A DNA stretch of 64,000 nucleotides from Candidatus Heimdallarchaeota archaeon (GTDB lineage: Archaea > Asgardarchaeota > Heimdallarchaeia > JABLTI01): NCBI GenBank assembly GCA_019058275.1, contig JAHLVW010000036.1, forward strand, positions 1-64,000. Reading direction: 5' to 3'. Below, piece after piece: positions 29,286 through 38,471 of the stretch (position 1 is the stretch's first letter; each line of letters begins with the position of its first letter). A model generated the notes under the pieces. The model searched no databases, was not told the DNA's origin, and saw only the letters and a program-made list of their open reading frames with translations. The translations under genes were made by a program, and so were the position numbers.

Positions 29286-30347
29286 ATGACTTTGAAATCA
29301 TTAATTGCTAAAAAAGATTTGAGATATTTGTTCTTGGGTGGTAAAGGTGGGGTTGGAAAAACGATATCCGCTTCTGCAATTGGTATTGAGTTAACCAAAC
29401 ACTTTGATAGAGTGTTAATTGTAAGTACTGACCCAGCACACTCTATTTCAGATTGCTTTGATCAAGATCTTTCCGGTGGAGATCCAGTTCCAATTGATGG
29501 AGTAGACGGGAATTTATTTGGTATGGAGCTTGAAGCTGAAAAAGGATACGAACAATTTCGAGAATTAAGTGCAATGGGTATGCCTAGTGGTGGTATGCCT
29601 GGTTTTGGAGGACCTAGCGAAGAAAATGTTGTTTTAAATGTTGATTCAGAAAGTATAGATGGTTCATCATCTTCACCATTAGGTTTCAATATGAAAGATG
29701 CCTTAGGAATGAGTTCTGACCTTTTTGGAACAGATTCAATTCCACCTGGTTCAGATGAAGCATTTGCTTTTGGAAAATTACTCGAGCTTATTGAGAGTAG
29801 TGGTTATGATGTAGTTGTTTTTGATACTGCACCAACAGGTCACACATTAAGATTGCTTTCATTGCCAGACTATCTTGATAGTTTCGTTGGAAAAATAATT
29901 AAAATGAGATTACGTTTTGGTAATCTTTTCAAGAGCATTAAAGGTTTATTTGGAGGGGGTTCTAAAGACAAAGAAGATAATTCCTTAGAGATGTTGGAAT
30001 CTTTGAAGAAAGTCATTACCAAAGCCCGTATCGAACTAGCAGATGATACAAAAACAGAATTTATTCCAGTAACAATTCCAACCCTTATAGCGCTTTATGA
30101 AACTGAGAGATTAGTAGTTACATTAACAGAATATAGCATCCCTGTAGAACATATGATAATTAATCAATTAATTCCTCCAAGCAAAGATTGTAAATTCTGT
30201 GCAAAAAGGTTTGAAATTCAAGAAAAAACAATGATGACACTAAAACAATATTTCGGAAAATATGACCTGATAGAGATTCCGATGGTTCCACAAGAAATTA
30301 GAGGAATTGAACAACTAAAATTGCTTGCTGAAAAATTATTCAAATAA
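29286..30347 (+). CDS. Get3/TRC40/ArsA family ATPase
   Basis: GGKGGVGKT, STDPAH, FDTAPTGHTLRLL, ETERL, CKFC. Confidence 0.92.
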   Translation: MTLKSLIAKKDLRYLFLGGKGGVGKTISASAIGIELTKHFDRVLIVSTDPAHSISDCFDQDLSGGDPVPIDGVDGNLFGMELEAEKGYEQFRELSAMGMPSGGMPGFGGPSEENVVLNVDSESIDGSSSSPLGFNMKDALGMSSDLFGTDSIPPGSDEAFAFGKLLELIESSGYDVVVFDTAPTGHTLRLLSLPDYLDSFVGKIIKMRLRFGNLFKSIKGLFGGGSKDKEDNSLEMLESLKKVITKARIELADDTKTEFIPVTIPTLIALYETERLVVTLTEYSIPVEHMIINQLIPPSKDCKFCAKRFEIQEKTMMTLKQYFGKYDLIEIPMVPQEIRGIEQLKLLAEKLFK

Positions 30348-30401
30348 ACCTCAGGAAACCTGGTAAACTACCAGTATTTCTCCAATATTAAAAGAGTAAG
30401 A

Positions 30402-30671
30402 TTACTCAATAGGTGCACGTATTGTTGCAATTGAATTATCTTGGATCCCCATAGTAAGTAATTCTTCAGGATTTCCATAGATTTTATCTTCTTCAACTGT
30501 TTTTAGAGCTTTAACTCTGAATGTAAATCTTCTTTTAGCTACAACGATTTCAGCTTTTGTTTTCATATCCAATTCATCTTTTAGATCAGTATGAACTATT
30601 AATTCACCTTCTTTTGCAGTTTCATCATGTAAAATTCTAAGTCTTCTTTCTTTAACCATACTACTCATCAC
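30402..30671 (-). CDS. small protein, putative stand-alone double-psi beta-barrel
   Basis: 89 aa with two internal half-repeats reminiscent of the CDC48-N fold. Confidence 0.45.
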   Translation of the reverse strand: MMSSMVKERRLRILHDETAKEGELIVHTDLKDELDMKTKAEIVVAKRRFTFRVKALKTVEEDKIYGNPEELLTMGIQDNSIATIRAPIE

Positions 30672-30810
30672 TCTTACTGAAATATAAATTACTACTTATT
30701 AAAGTTATTTTGAAACGATTTATTTAATTAATATTTGTAATAAAATGCCCAAAAATAACCCTCTATCTTTCAATTAAAATAAAAAAATGCAATGAAAAGG
30801 GATGATTAAT

Positions 30811-32304
30811 TTACATACCCTTTTGTGTTTTTCTTCGTTTTCTATAAGTTACAAATGTGATTATTGTAGGAATTACTGCTAATAGAACTATTCCTATACT
30901 AACTCCAATTGTTATCCACCATTGGGTTGCTTTTGGTTCCTCAAGAATAAATGGTTCAATAGTAATCTCTAGTAAATTCGAATGTAAAATGTTTTCTTGA
31001 ACAGGAATTAGGAACTTCTGATCAAAGTAATCATAAGTTACTAATGTTGGTTCTATAAAGAAATCACCATTAATCAATGGTAAGATTGTATAGTTGAAAA
31101 TCATTGATTCTCCTTCTGTCAGATTGTTGATGCGCCAAATTTCGACACCCTTTGTATCAAAAGTCCAGTCACTATAGACCTGTTCTTCTAAAGTAAGGTT
31201 AAAAGCAGCTACTAGTCCATGATTTGTAATATTGATTTCAATTGTTATGGGATCTACTGTGTTATTCAAAATATTTAGTTCTGTACGCTTGATTAAAGTC
31301 CCATTTTCACTTGGATAAAGGAAATATTTTGAAATACTTATCTTTGGTATCTTGAAATTCCAATCATCGCCTTCATAGATTGGATAGTAAACCAATATCT
31401 TTGATGCGTTGGATATTTCAGTATTATCTGATAATGTTTCATTAATTCCAATAAAATTAACTGTACAGCTTGGTATTACAAATGTCTCATTTCTTAGTGC
31501 TTGAACCTGGTAGCTAAATGTATGCGTATCGTTAATTTTCATGTGTCCTGCTTCACTACTCATGTACGTAGTATTGTATACAAAGAAATCTTCAGAAGAA
31601 CCTGGCAAAGCATCTGTTGTTGTAATATTAATCCATGAAAGATAGAAATTAGTTATTTTAATTATAATCGTAAAATTACCATCAACTTTAACTCTTGCAT
31701 TGGTTGTTTCAATACCTAAACCGCCATTTGTTTCATTTACAAAAAACGACTTTTCAACTCTTACTGTATCCAAGTCCTTGTAGACATAAAATTCTATATT
31801 ATTTGATTGACTGTAATCATCTGTGCTGTTTCCCCAATCAAAGTAGACGTATGAACCTACAAAGAGATACCTTTCTTCATGATGAGGAGTTAAAGTATAG
31901 GTTATACTTTCTGAATTGTCTGGATCAATAGATGACCAATTTTGATTTGGACTTCTGCTAAATGTGAACCATTCATCTCTATAACTTGGATTCATTTCAC
32001 TTACATCTGATTCATTACTCATTAATCCTATATTATAGATTGTAAAGGCTGCATTATTAGTAATTACAATTGTAACTGAAAAACTGTTATTGATATTTGT
32101 TTCAAAAAATTCTACGGGAGTTGGACGATCTATATCGGAAATCTTCTTGGTAACATTAATTGCAATATTATTTATACTTGGGCTATCACCAGTTTTAACT
32201 GGGGTTGTTACAGCTTGTGTAGTCTCTAAATCATAATTTTGTATTGTTGCAATTAGTACTACTGTGAATATTATGAACAGTGTAGATATTTTTTGTTTAT
32301 TCAA
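30811..32304 (-). CDS. secreted, C-terminally anchored protein with three TRAP-beta/BatD-like Ig domains
   Basis: N-terminal signal, three repeats ending in YTLTP, YQVQA and YTILP, many NxS/T sequons, C-terminal TM then RKRRK. Confidence 0.7.
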   Translation of the reverse strand: MNKQKISTLFIIFTVVLIATIQNYDLETTQAVTTPVKTGDSPSINNIAINVTKKISDIDRPTPVEFFETNINNSFSVTIVITNNAAFTIYNIGLMSNESDVSEMNPSYRDEWFTFSRSPNQNWSSIDPDNSESITYTLTPHHEERYLFVGSYVYFDWGNSTDDYSQSNNIEFYVYKDLDTVRVEKSFFVNETNGGLGIETTNARVKVDGNFTIIIKITNFYLSWINITTTDALPGSSEDFFVYNTTYMSSEAGHMKINDTHTFSYQVQALRNETFVIPSCTVNFIGINETLSDNTEISNASKILVYYPIYEGDDWNFKIPKISISKYFLYPSENGTLIKRTELNILNNTVDPITIEINITNHGLVAAFNLTLEEQVYSDWTFDTKGVEIWRINNLTEGESMIFNYTILPLINGDFFIEPTLVTYDYFDQKFLIPVQENILHSNLLEITIEPFILEEPKATQWWITIGVSIGIVLLAVIPTIITFVTYRKRRKTQKGM

Positions 32305-32451
32305 TTTTAGTCCTCGTCTAATTGTCTACTTTTCCAAATATTTCCTTTTTACTTGGAATTAAAAAGCTTTCTTTAAACTTCAATTCTATTTTATTTGTTC
32401 ACAAATAATTCTCTATAAAATATTTTTCCTTAAATTCCAAATGCCTTATTT

Positions 32452-33108
32452 CTAATAGGATTTCATGTTTTTTTTGTTTATTAAATAATTATATTCTAAT
32501 TTATCTAGCATTGTGACAAGTCTACTTAGTGGTAATCCCATCACATTATAGTAACACCCTTCAATTTTATCGATCAAAGCTGCTCCCTTCCCTTGAATCG
32601 CATAAGCACCTGCTTTATCAAGGACGCTCTCTGCATCAATATAAGCAATAATCTTTTCTTCTGACCATTCTATCATGCTGACCAATGTTCTCTCAACTGC
32701 AGTTAGTATTTTATCTTTGTGAGAATCATAGATGCATATACCAGTATAAACTTCATGTGTTTTACCTAAGATTTTTTTCAACATATTTATTGCATCAGCT
32801 TTATCGGTTGGTTTGCCTATAATTTCATCATCTATAACAACAATTGTATCAGCACCAATAATTAATGAGTTGCTCTTTTTTTCAAGTGGAAGGGACTTTC
32901 CAACACATGAAACTTTTTGGTATGCAACTTGTAGAACTTTTTCTTCAATAGTTGTATTTTGTTTATCTCCAAATGTTTCTTTCTTCTTTGCGCTATTGAA
33001 ATTCTTCTCTTCTTCCAAACAGGGAATTACTTCGTGTTTAATACTAAGTAGATCTAATAATTCATGCCTACGAGGTGATGCTGATGCTAGAATAATGTTC
33101 TTCATCAT
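32452..33108 (-). CDS. maf: Maf family nucleoside triphosphate pyrophosphatase
   Basis: ILASASPRRHELL, GADTIV, GKP, DKAGAYAIQG, NVMGLP. Confidence 0.93.
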   Translation of the reverse strand: MMKNIILASASPRRHELLDLLSIKHEVIPCLEEEKNFNSAKKKETFGDKQNTTIEEKVLQVAYQKVSCVGKSLPLEKKSNSLIIGADTIVVIDDEIIGKPTDKADAINMLKKILGKTHEVYTGICIYDSHKDKILTAVERTLVSMIEWSEEKIIAYIDAESVLDKAGAYAIQGKGAALIDKIEGCYYNVMGLPLSRLVTMLDKLEYNYLINKKNMKSY

Positions 33109-33300
33109 TGAAGTCTCACAAGATCTTTTTACATAGCTTATCCTTTTAATATTATAAATAAAGAATTCTACACTATGAATAATTATATAATCAATTCCGA
33201 ACCTTTTTCTAATATCAGTACATTAATTATTTACTGAGTTAGAATTATATTGAATTAGTAACTAACAAATAACAACTGACTAGGAAGAGGATTTATTCAA

Positions 33301-34890
33301 TTGCCCAAGAATATCAAATATGATAATTTAGATAAAAGGTATCTTGCTGCTCTTATTAGTTCTTTAGAAGAACGAAAGAAGAACAGAGACATTGATATCG
33401 AATTATATGATTCATTGATCAAAAAATATACACATGCCTATGAAATTGCTGAAGATAAATCAACTATAAGAGATGGTTTTGTAACTTTAGAAGCAATAGC
33501 ACCTGATCCAGAAACTATAAGGAATTCAGTTAAGCAATTACTCGAGAGAATACTTGCTCTAGAAAAAGAGCAGAGAAAAATTAGAGGAAGATTTTCAAAA
33601 CTAGATGAATTGTTAGCTAAAGGAAATGTTTCTGAGAATGTATATCTAACTAAGAAGAAAGAATATGAAATTTTAGTTATGAAGCTTGAAGATCAAAAAC
33701 AAATCTTTCTAAAGGGCATTCCTGATTCTCTAAGTATTATACAAGAAATGAATATTGGACTCGTTGAGAGAATTGAAGAGGTAAAAGTAGATGCAGCAGT
33801 AACAAAATCGAAAACAATAACTGATGAGTTGAAAAAACTTGAGAAAAATAAAAAAGATATTACTTATGTGGCAAAGGAAATGTCCAAGTTAGTTGATGTT
33901 GACTTTGATAAAGATGTTTGGGTAAGACCTACTGATGCTGACCTGCTACTACCTCCACCAGTTGTTAAAGCTGAGATTAAACCTCTAAGCAAAGAAGTTC
34001 CACAAAAAGTAAAACCTGAACCCTCTGCTTCTGGAGTTATACCACCTCCTGATAGAACTATTTGGGTAAAATGGAAAAGAATCAAAATTGGTAAATTAAT
34101 GGGAGAAATTAGTTTAGTTGGTGGTAATTTTGCTGTTATTGCTACAGATAGACCCTCTTTAGCAATCATTCGAGATATAGCAGTAACAGGTCCTTCTCGA
34201 TTGAGATCATCAACGAATCCAAAGGTAATTGAAGACCGTCTTAAGAAACTAATAAAGGACAAATACAATGTTTCTGATGTTGATTCTCTACTCCCACAAC
34301 ATCTGATAAGATTCGCTGTTGACAATAAAGTTGGGGTTGATCTTTTCAAGTTAATAAATTCCTATTTTGCTTCTGTTGGAAGTGGAGCAGTAACTGTAAA
34401 AACAAGTGAAGCATTAGTTAATGATAATGCTCAAATTTTAACTTTAGCTGAAAATGTTAATTTATTAGGAAGAAGAGTTCTTACTCCTGATAGACAATTA
34501 ATTGGTGTTATTCACGAATTATATTATGATCCAACTACATCCCATTTGTATACTTTTGCTTTCAAGGGTGTACCTCCAGCAGTCATTCGTAGAATATATA
34601 GAGATTCACATAATAGAACGATGACAGATGGGACCTTTAGTGAATTCAGAAATGAAATTTCTAAAAAGCTATCAATACCAATCTATGAGGCGCTCACACC
34701 TTCAAGTATTTTAAGATACTCTTTGATGAGCGGTTTAGTTCACAATCTAAATCAATTGGCAACACTTGTTGAAAGCATGAATCCAAGAGTTTCCAAAGTA
34801 GTAGATATTTCTTCTATAAGTTCGCAAGGAGTAATGCTTTCTCGATATCCTCAAAACTCTCTCCCAAGAATTCAATACGTTGAATACTAA
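33301..34890 (+). CDS. CdvA-like coiled-coil protein with C-terminal PRC-barrel-containing repeats
   Basis: LDELLAKGNVSENVY coiled-coil motif, Pro-rich linker, LLGRRVLTPDRQLIGVIHELYYD PRC signature. Confidence 0.55.
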   Translation: MPKNIKYDNLDKRYLAALISSLEERKKNRDIDIELYDSLIKKYTHAYEIAEDKSTIRDGFVTLEAIAPDPETIRNSVKQLLERILALEKEQRKIRGRFSKLDELLAKGNVSENVYLTKKKEYEILVMKLEDQKQIFLKGIPDSLSIIQEMNIGLVERIEEVKVDAAVTKSKTITDELKKLEKNKKDITYVAKEMSKLVDVDFDKDVWVRPTDADLLLPPPVVKAEIKPLSKEVPQKVKPEPSASGVIPPPDRTIWVKWKRIKIGKLMGEISLVGGNFAVIATDRPSLAIIRDIAVTGPSRLRSSTNPKVIEDRLKKLIKDKYNVSDVDSLLPQHLIRFAVDNKVGVDLFKLINSYFASVGSGAVTVKTSEALVNDNAQILTLAENVNLLGRRVLTPDRQLIGVIHELYYDPTTSHLYTFAFKGVPPAVIRRIYRDSHNRTMTDGTFSEFRNEISKKLSIPIYEALTPSSILRYSLMSGLVHNLNQLATLVESMNPRVSKVVDISSISSQGVMLSRYPQNSLPRIQYVEY

Positions 34891-34910
34891 ATTTCTGATA
34901 AAAAACCTCG

Positions 34911-34985
34911 AAAAATAGGGGGAGGGAGGCCCCTCGACCATGAGAGAAAAAAAGAGATTTCTTTTTTCGGTCAAGAGGCAAGTGA
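34911..34985 (-). ncRNA. candidate small structured RNA
   Basis: 11-bp stem GCCUCUUGACC/GGUCGAGGGGC with G-U pairs possible only on the minus strand, C-rich tail, U-run; TTTATA box at 35005-35010. Confidence 0.35.
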
Positions 34986-35115
34986 GTATTTTACAAATGT
35001 GAAATATAAAGCTTACTACTGTTGCAAAAAAAGTGGTCTTTGCTTAACTCGGGTTCACTTCCAATAGAAAAACGTCTATTTATATAGAAAGATGTGTTAA
35101 TTAGACAAAAAATAG

Positions 35116-36294
35116 CTAAATTTTTTCTCTTTTTATCCTAAGAAATTTATCTTTTGAACCACAAACAGGACAACCCATTTCTTTTAATTCTTCAATGGTT
35201 TTGATTTTCTCATTTTTACCAATTTGTATTTCATGATTTTTTGAGCATTTGTAAATTCGCAAAGTGGGTGAGAATTCACCTGTATATATTTTCTCATAAA
35301 ATTCATCTATAATTTGAGCTTTAGATAAATCAGTAGTCAATAATTTTGCGATGAATGTAGTATTTCCATGCATTTCAGCCCCCTCGTACAAATTGAATCC
35401 TGGTAGCATTTGTTGAATCACTAACCCATGTTCTTGAATCACTTTTTGAACATCTAATAAATCGTTAGGAGCTCTGTGTGCATAAGCAAGGTATACTTTA
35501 CGACCTAATTCTGGCTTTAATGCTTGCAAACATCTTGAGAGGAACAATTTCAAACCTGAAATTGTGTATGGTGGATCTGTTAATACAGTATCGAACTTAC
35601 CTACAAGCTTGTTTGAAATTGGTTTTCGTAAATCAGCATGGATACAAACAATATCAAAATTATTTTCCTTAGCGATTTGGCTTATAACATCTAATAACCG
35701 CTTATCGATATCTATTACTGTAATTTTAGTTAAGGTTCCAAGTAATGCTATAGCTAAAGATGTAAAATCATCATCACCTAACAATAGAACCTCTCTACCT
35801 TCCAAATCATCATTTTGAAGCATTAATAATGCTCGACATAAAGCTGTAATAGGTTTTCCAAAAGCTTGATCAATTTCTGTTTGTGGAGTAGGACGTAAAT
35901 CAGTAAAATCTCTTAACTTGGGAATGATACTGTCTGCATCATCTGGTAACTCAATAGTAGTTCCATCACATTCTTTACAAAGCAAGTTTTGAAAATAGTT
36001 TATTTGTAATTCTAAATTTACAAAATCTACTCCAAGCTCAGTTAGAATTGCTCCCTTTTTTAAGCGTTCAATGAAACCAATCTTTTCCAATTCTTTTCTA
36101 ATTGCTGCAACAGTTGGAATTGGTAGAAATAGCTTTCGAGCTAAGCTTTTAGTTCCAATTGTTCCAAAGCGATAAATCTCTCTTAAAACACCTCTAACAG
36201 CATCTTTACCTTCTTTTAGCTGGGATTTCGAAGCAACTTCTTGAAGAATTGTATTTCCATCTTTTTTAAATCCTGATTTTCTATAGATTGACAT
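35116..36294 (-). CDS. bpsA: N4-bis(aminopropyl)spermidine synthase-like (branched-chain polyamine synthase, DUF43) with N-terminal wHTH and C-terminal Zn ribbon
   Basis: RPxxxxEIDQ, LLLGDDDFTSLA, DIDKRLL, DLRKP, FDTVLTDPPYT; co-oriented with speD. Confidence 0.8.
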   Translation of the reverse strand: MSIYRKSGFKKDGNTILQEVASKSQLKEGKDAVRGVLREIYRFGTIGTKSLARKLFLPIPTVAAIRKELEKIGFIERLKKGAILTELGVDFVNLELQINYFQNLLCKECDGTTIELPDDADSIIPKLRDFTDLRPTPQTEIDQAFGKPITALCRALLMLQNDDLEGREVLLLGDDDFTSLAIALLGTLTKITVIDIDKRLLDVISQIAKENNFDIVCIHADLRKPISNKLVGKFDTVLTDPPYTISGLKLFLSRCLQALKPELGRKVYLAYAHRAPNDLLDVQKVIQEHGLVIQQMLPGFNLYEGAEMHGNTTFIAKLLTTDLSKAQIIDEFYEKIYTGEFSPTLRIYKCSKNHEIQIGKNEKIKTIEELKEMGCPVCGSKDKFLRIKREKI

Positions 36295-36308
36295 TTTATT
36301 ACCAACTA

Positions 36309-36689
36309 TTATTTAATCACTCGAGGTAATTCTTTTAGTTCAAAAGACTCGGGCTGTAAATATTCTTTAATGTGTTCCCAAGCAACAAATGGATCTAATG
36401 ATTCTCCACAAAGGAAGATATCTAAAGCAGCAAATCCAAATTCAGGCCAGGTATGAATTGAGATGTGTGTTTCTTTTAATATTACTACAACACTGCAACC
36501 CAATGGAGAAAACCTATGAACTGATGCTTGCAAGACATGTGCACCAGCTTTTTTTGCAGCTTCCGTTACTAGAGTTAGCAAAGCAGTTTCATCATTGATA
36601 TCTGCTTTACACTTGTAAAGATCAACTAACACTTGTTTTACAGTTAGTGGTCTTTTTAATTGGTATTTTTTAATTTCTTCCTTAGGCAT
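36309..36689 (-). CDS. speD: S-adenosylmethionine decarboxylase proenzyme (class 1B)
   Basis: HRFSPLG, LKETHISIHTWPE, DIFLCG. Confidence 0.85.
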   Translation of the reverse strand: MPKEEIKKYQLKRPLTVKQVLVDLYKCKADINDETALLTLVTEAAKKAGAHVLQASVHRFSPLGCSVVVILKETHISIHTWPEFGFAALDIFLCGESLDPFVAWEHIKEYLQPESFELKELPRVIK

Positions 36690-36871
36690 TACTTATCTTC
36701 TCCAAGTTTGCTCGAAACACTTACTAATTTAACGACGCTGATTTGATGTTAATTAATTTTTGATATTAGGAGATGTTTTAGGGACTCAATAATAAATTTA
36801 CTCATCTTTTCACTATCGGAATAGATATAATTTGTTATAGTATAAGCAAAAACTAGGAATTAGCCTTTAAG

Positions 36872-37633
36872 GTGCACATAATGAAAACCTCACGATCTAG
36901 AATCACAAAATTTCAAGACATAGAATCAACTCAGAAACAAGCTCATTTATACATTAAAGAAGGTAAAGCAACAGATGGAATGATTCTAATTTCAGAAACA
37001 CAGACTGGAGGAATTGGAAGACTGGATAGAGATTGGTCATCACCCAAAGGAGGATTGTGGATGTCTATAATCACACATAGGTCTATTCCTTTAGAATTCT
37101 TTCAAGGATTTTCAGTTAGAATTGGTTTAGCTCTAAGTAAGGTTTTGGAAGAATTTATCCAGATTCCAATCAAAGTAAAATGGCCAAATGATTTAATACT
37201 CAATGGTAAAAAAGTGGGCGGAATACTTGTTGATATAAGTTCCCAAGATGAATTTCTGCACTATTTAGTTTTAGGAATTGGGATAAATGTTAATGTCAAA
37301 TTAGACTGTCTACCAGATGAAGTAAGAAAGATAGCTACATCAATTAATTGTGAAACACAGAAAGAGCATCCAATTGAGAAAATTTTAGATTTACTTATCA
37401 GTGTATATGATCAAATCATTGATGATTTAGAAATCGGAGTAACCCTAGATCTATCAGATAATTGGGTAAAAAGATCCCATACATATAATTCAAATATAAC
37501 AGTCAAAACTGCTAATCAAATAATTGAGGGGATTGAAGTAGGCTTAACATCTAATGGTGAACTGATAATTAAAACCACAGACGGAGAGCACAAAATCTCA
37601 ATTGGTGAAATTGAACAGATAAGAAAAGCATGA
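36872..37633 (+). CDS. birA: biotin--protein ligase (no HTH)
   Basis: QTGGIGRLDRDWSSPKGGLWMS, KWPND, KKVGGIL, GIGINVN. Confidence 0.93.
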   Translation: MHIMKTSRSRITKFQDIESTQKQAHLYIKEGKATDGMILISETQTGGIGRLDRDWSSPKGGLWMSIITHRSIPLEFFQGFSVRIGLALSKVLEEFIQIPIKVKWPNDLILNGKKVGGILVDISSQDEFLHYLVLGIGINVNVKLDCLPDEVRKIATSINCETQKEHPIEKILDLLISVYDQIIDDLEIGVTLDLSDNWVKRSHTYNSNITVKTANQIIEGIEVGLTSNGELIIKTTDGEHKISIGEIEQIRKA

Positions 37634-37634
37634 A

Positions 37635-38438
37635 CTAAATCACGCTTACTTTATCTGGAATTAAGTTAACATATAATGCTTCTTTTAGTAAATGCTCAAC
37701 AAAGAATCTTCTAATCAAGCTAAAAGTTTCATAACGTGCTAGGCAATTCGTTAAATTATGGTCAGCATTTCCAATGATTTCGAATCTTTTTGGTAATTGT
37801 GCTTTCTGGTAGAGTTTTCTTATACCATTGATTGGCATGAAATCATCTTTAGCACCAGCAAGTATCATTAAAGGTCTTGGTGCGATTTTGCTTATACAAT
37901 TAAGTGGGTTGTTTCCCTTAATATCATTGACCAATTTTTCTTTAATACCTGTTGTTGGCAAACGAACTAAACCAGTTAGAGCTAATCCCTCCCACATCGC
38001 ATCAAATTCTGGGTAATTGACCATAAATTCAAAATCAAAAAGTGGAGCAAGTAAAGCTAAAGCAGAAACTCTTTGATCTCTAGAAACATGACAAGCTGCA
38101 ATTGCGCCACCTAAGCTTACTCCAAGAATACCAATTCTTAGTGGATTAACTTTGGTATGATTTGTCAAATAATTAATTACAATATCTAGATTCGCGAGTG
38201 AAGTTTGTATTGAATTTACTCCTGTGCTATCATAGAAACCAGTGAAATGAAATGCAAAATATGCAATTCCTTCATCTGTTAACATAGTTGCTATTTCTTC
38301 TTCCTTTTCAAATTTGTTTGAAACTAACCCATGAGCTTTACAAACTGCGGGATATCTATCCATACCATTGTTTGGGAAAAAAAACATGCCACTTATGGTA
38401 CTATTATAATATTGAATTGTCACTTTTTCCTTTATCAT
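37635..38438 (-). CDS. alpha/beta-hydrolase (candidate thioesterase)
   Basis: HG oxyanion motif, GVSLGG nucleophile elbow, GAKDD, ADH. Confidence 0.85.
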   Translation of the reverse strand: MIKEKVTIQYYNSTISGMFFFPNNGMDRYPAVCKAHGLVSNKFEKEEEIATMLTDEGIAYFAFHFTGFYDSTGVNSIQTSLANLDIVINYLTNHTKVNPLRIGILGVSLGGAIAACHVSRDQRVSALALLAPLFDFEFMVNYPEFDAMWEGLALTGLVRLPTTGIKEKLVNDIKGNNPLNCISKIAPRPLMILAGAKDDFMPINGIRKLYQKAQLPKRFEIIGNADHNLTNCLARYETFSLIRRFFVEHLLKEALYVNLIPDKVSVI

Positions 38439-38471
38439 TAATTGACTATATCTCCTGTTATAATATACAAT

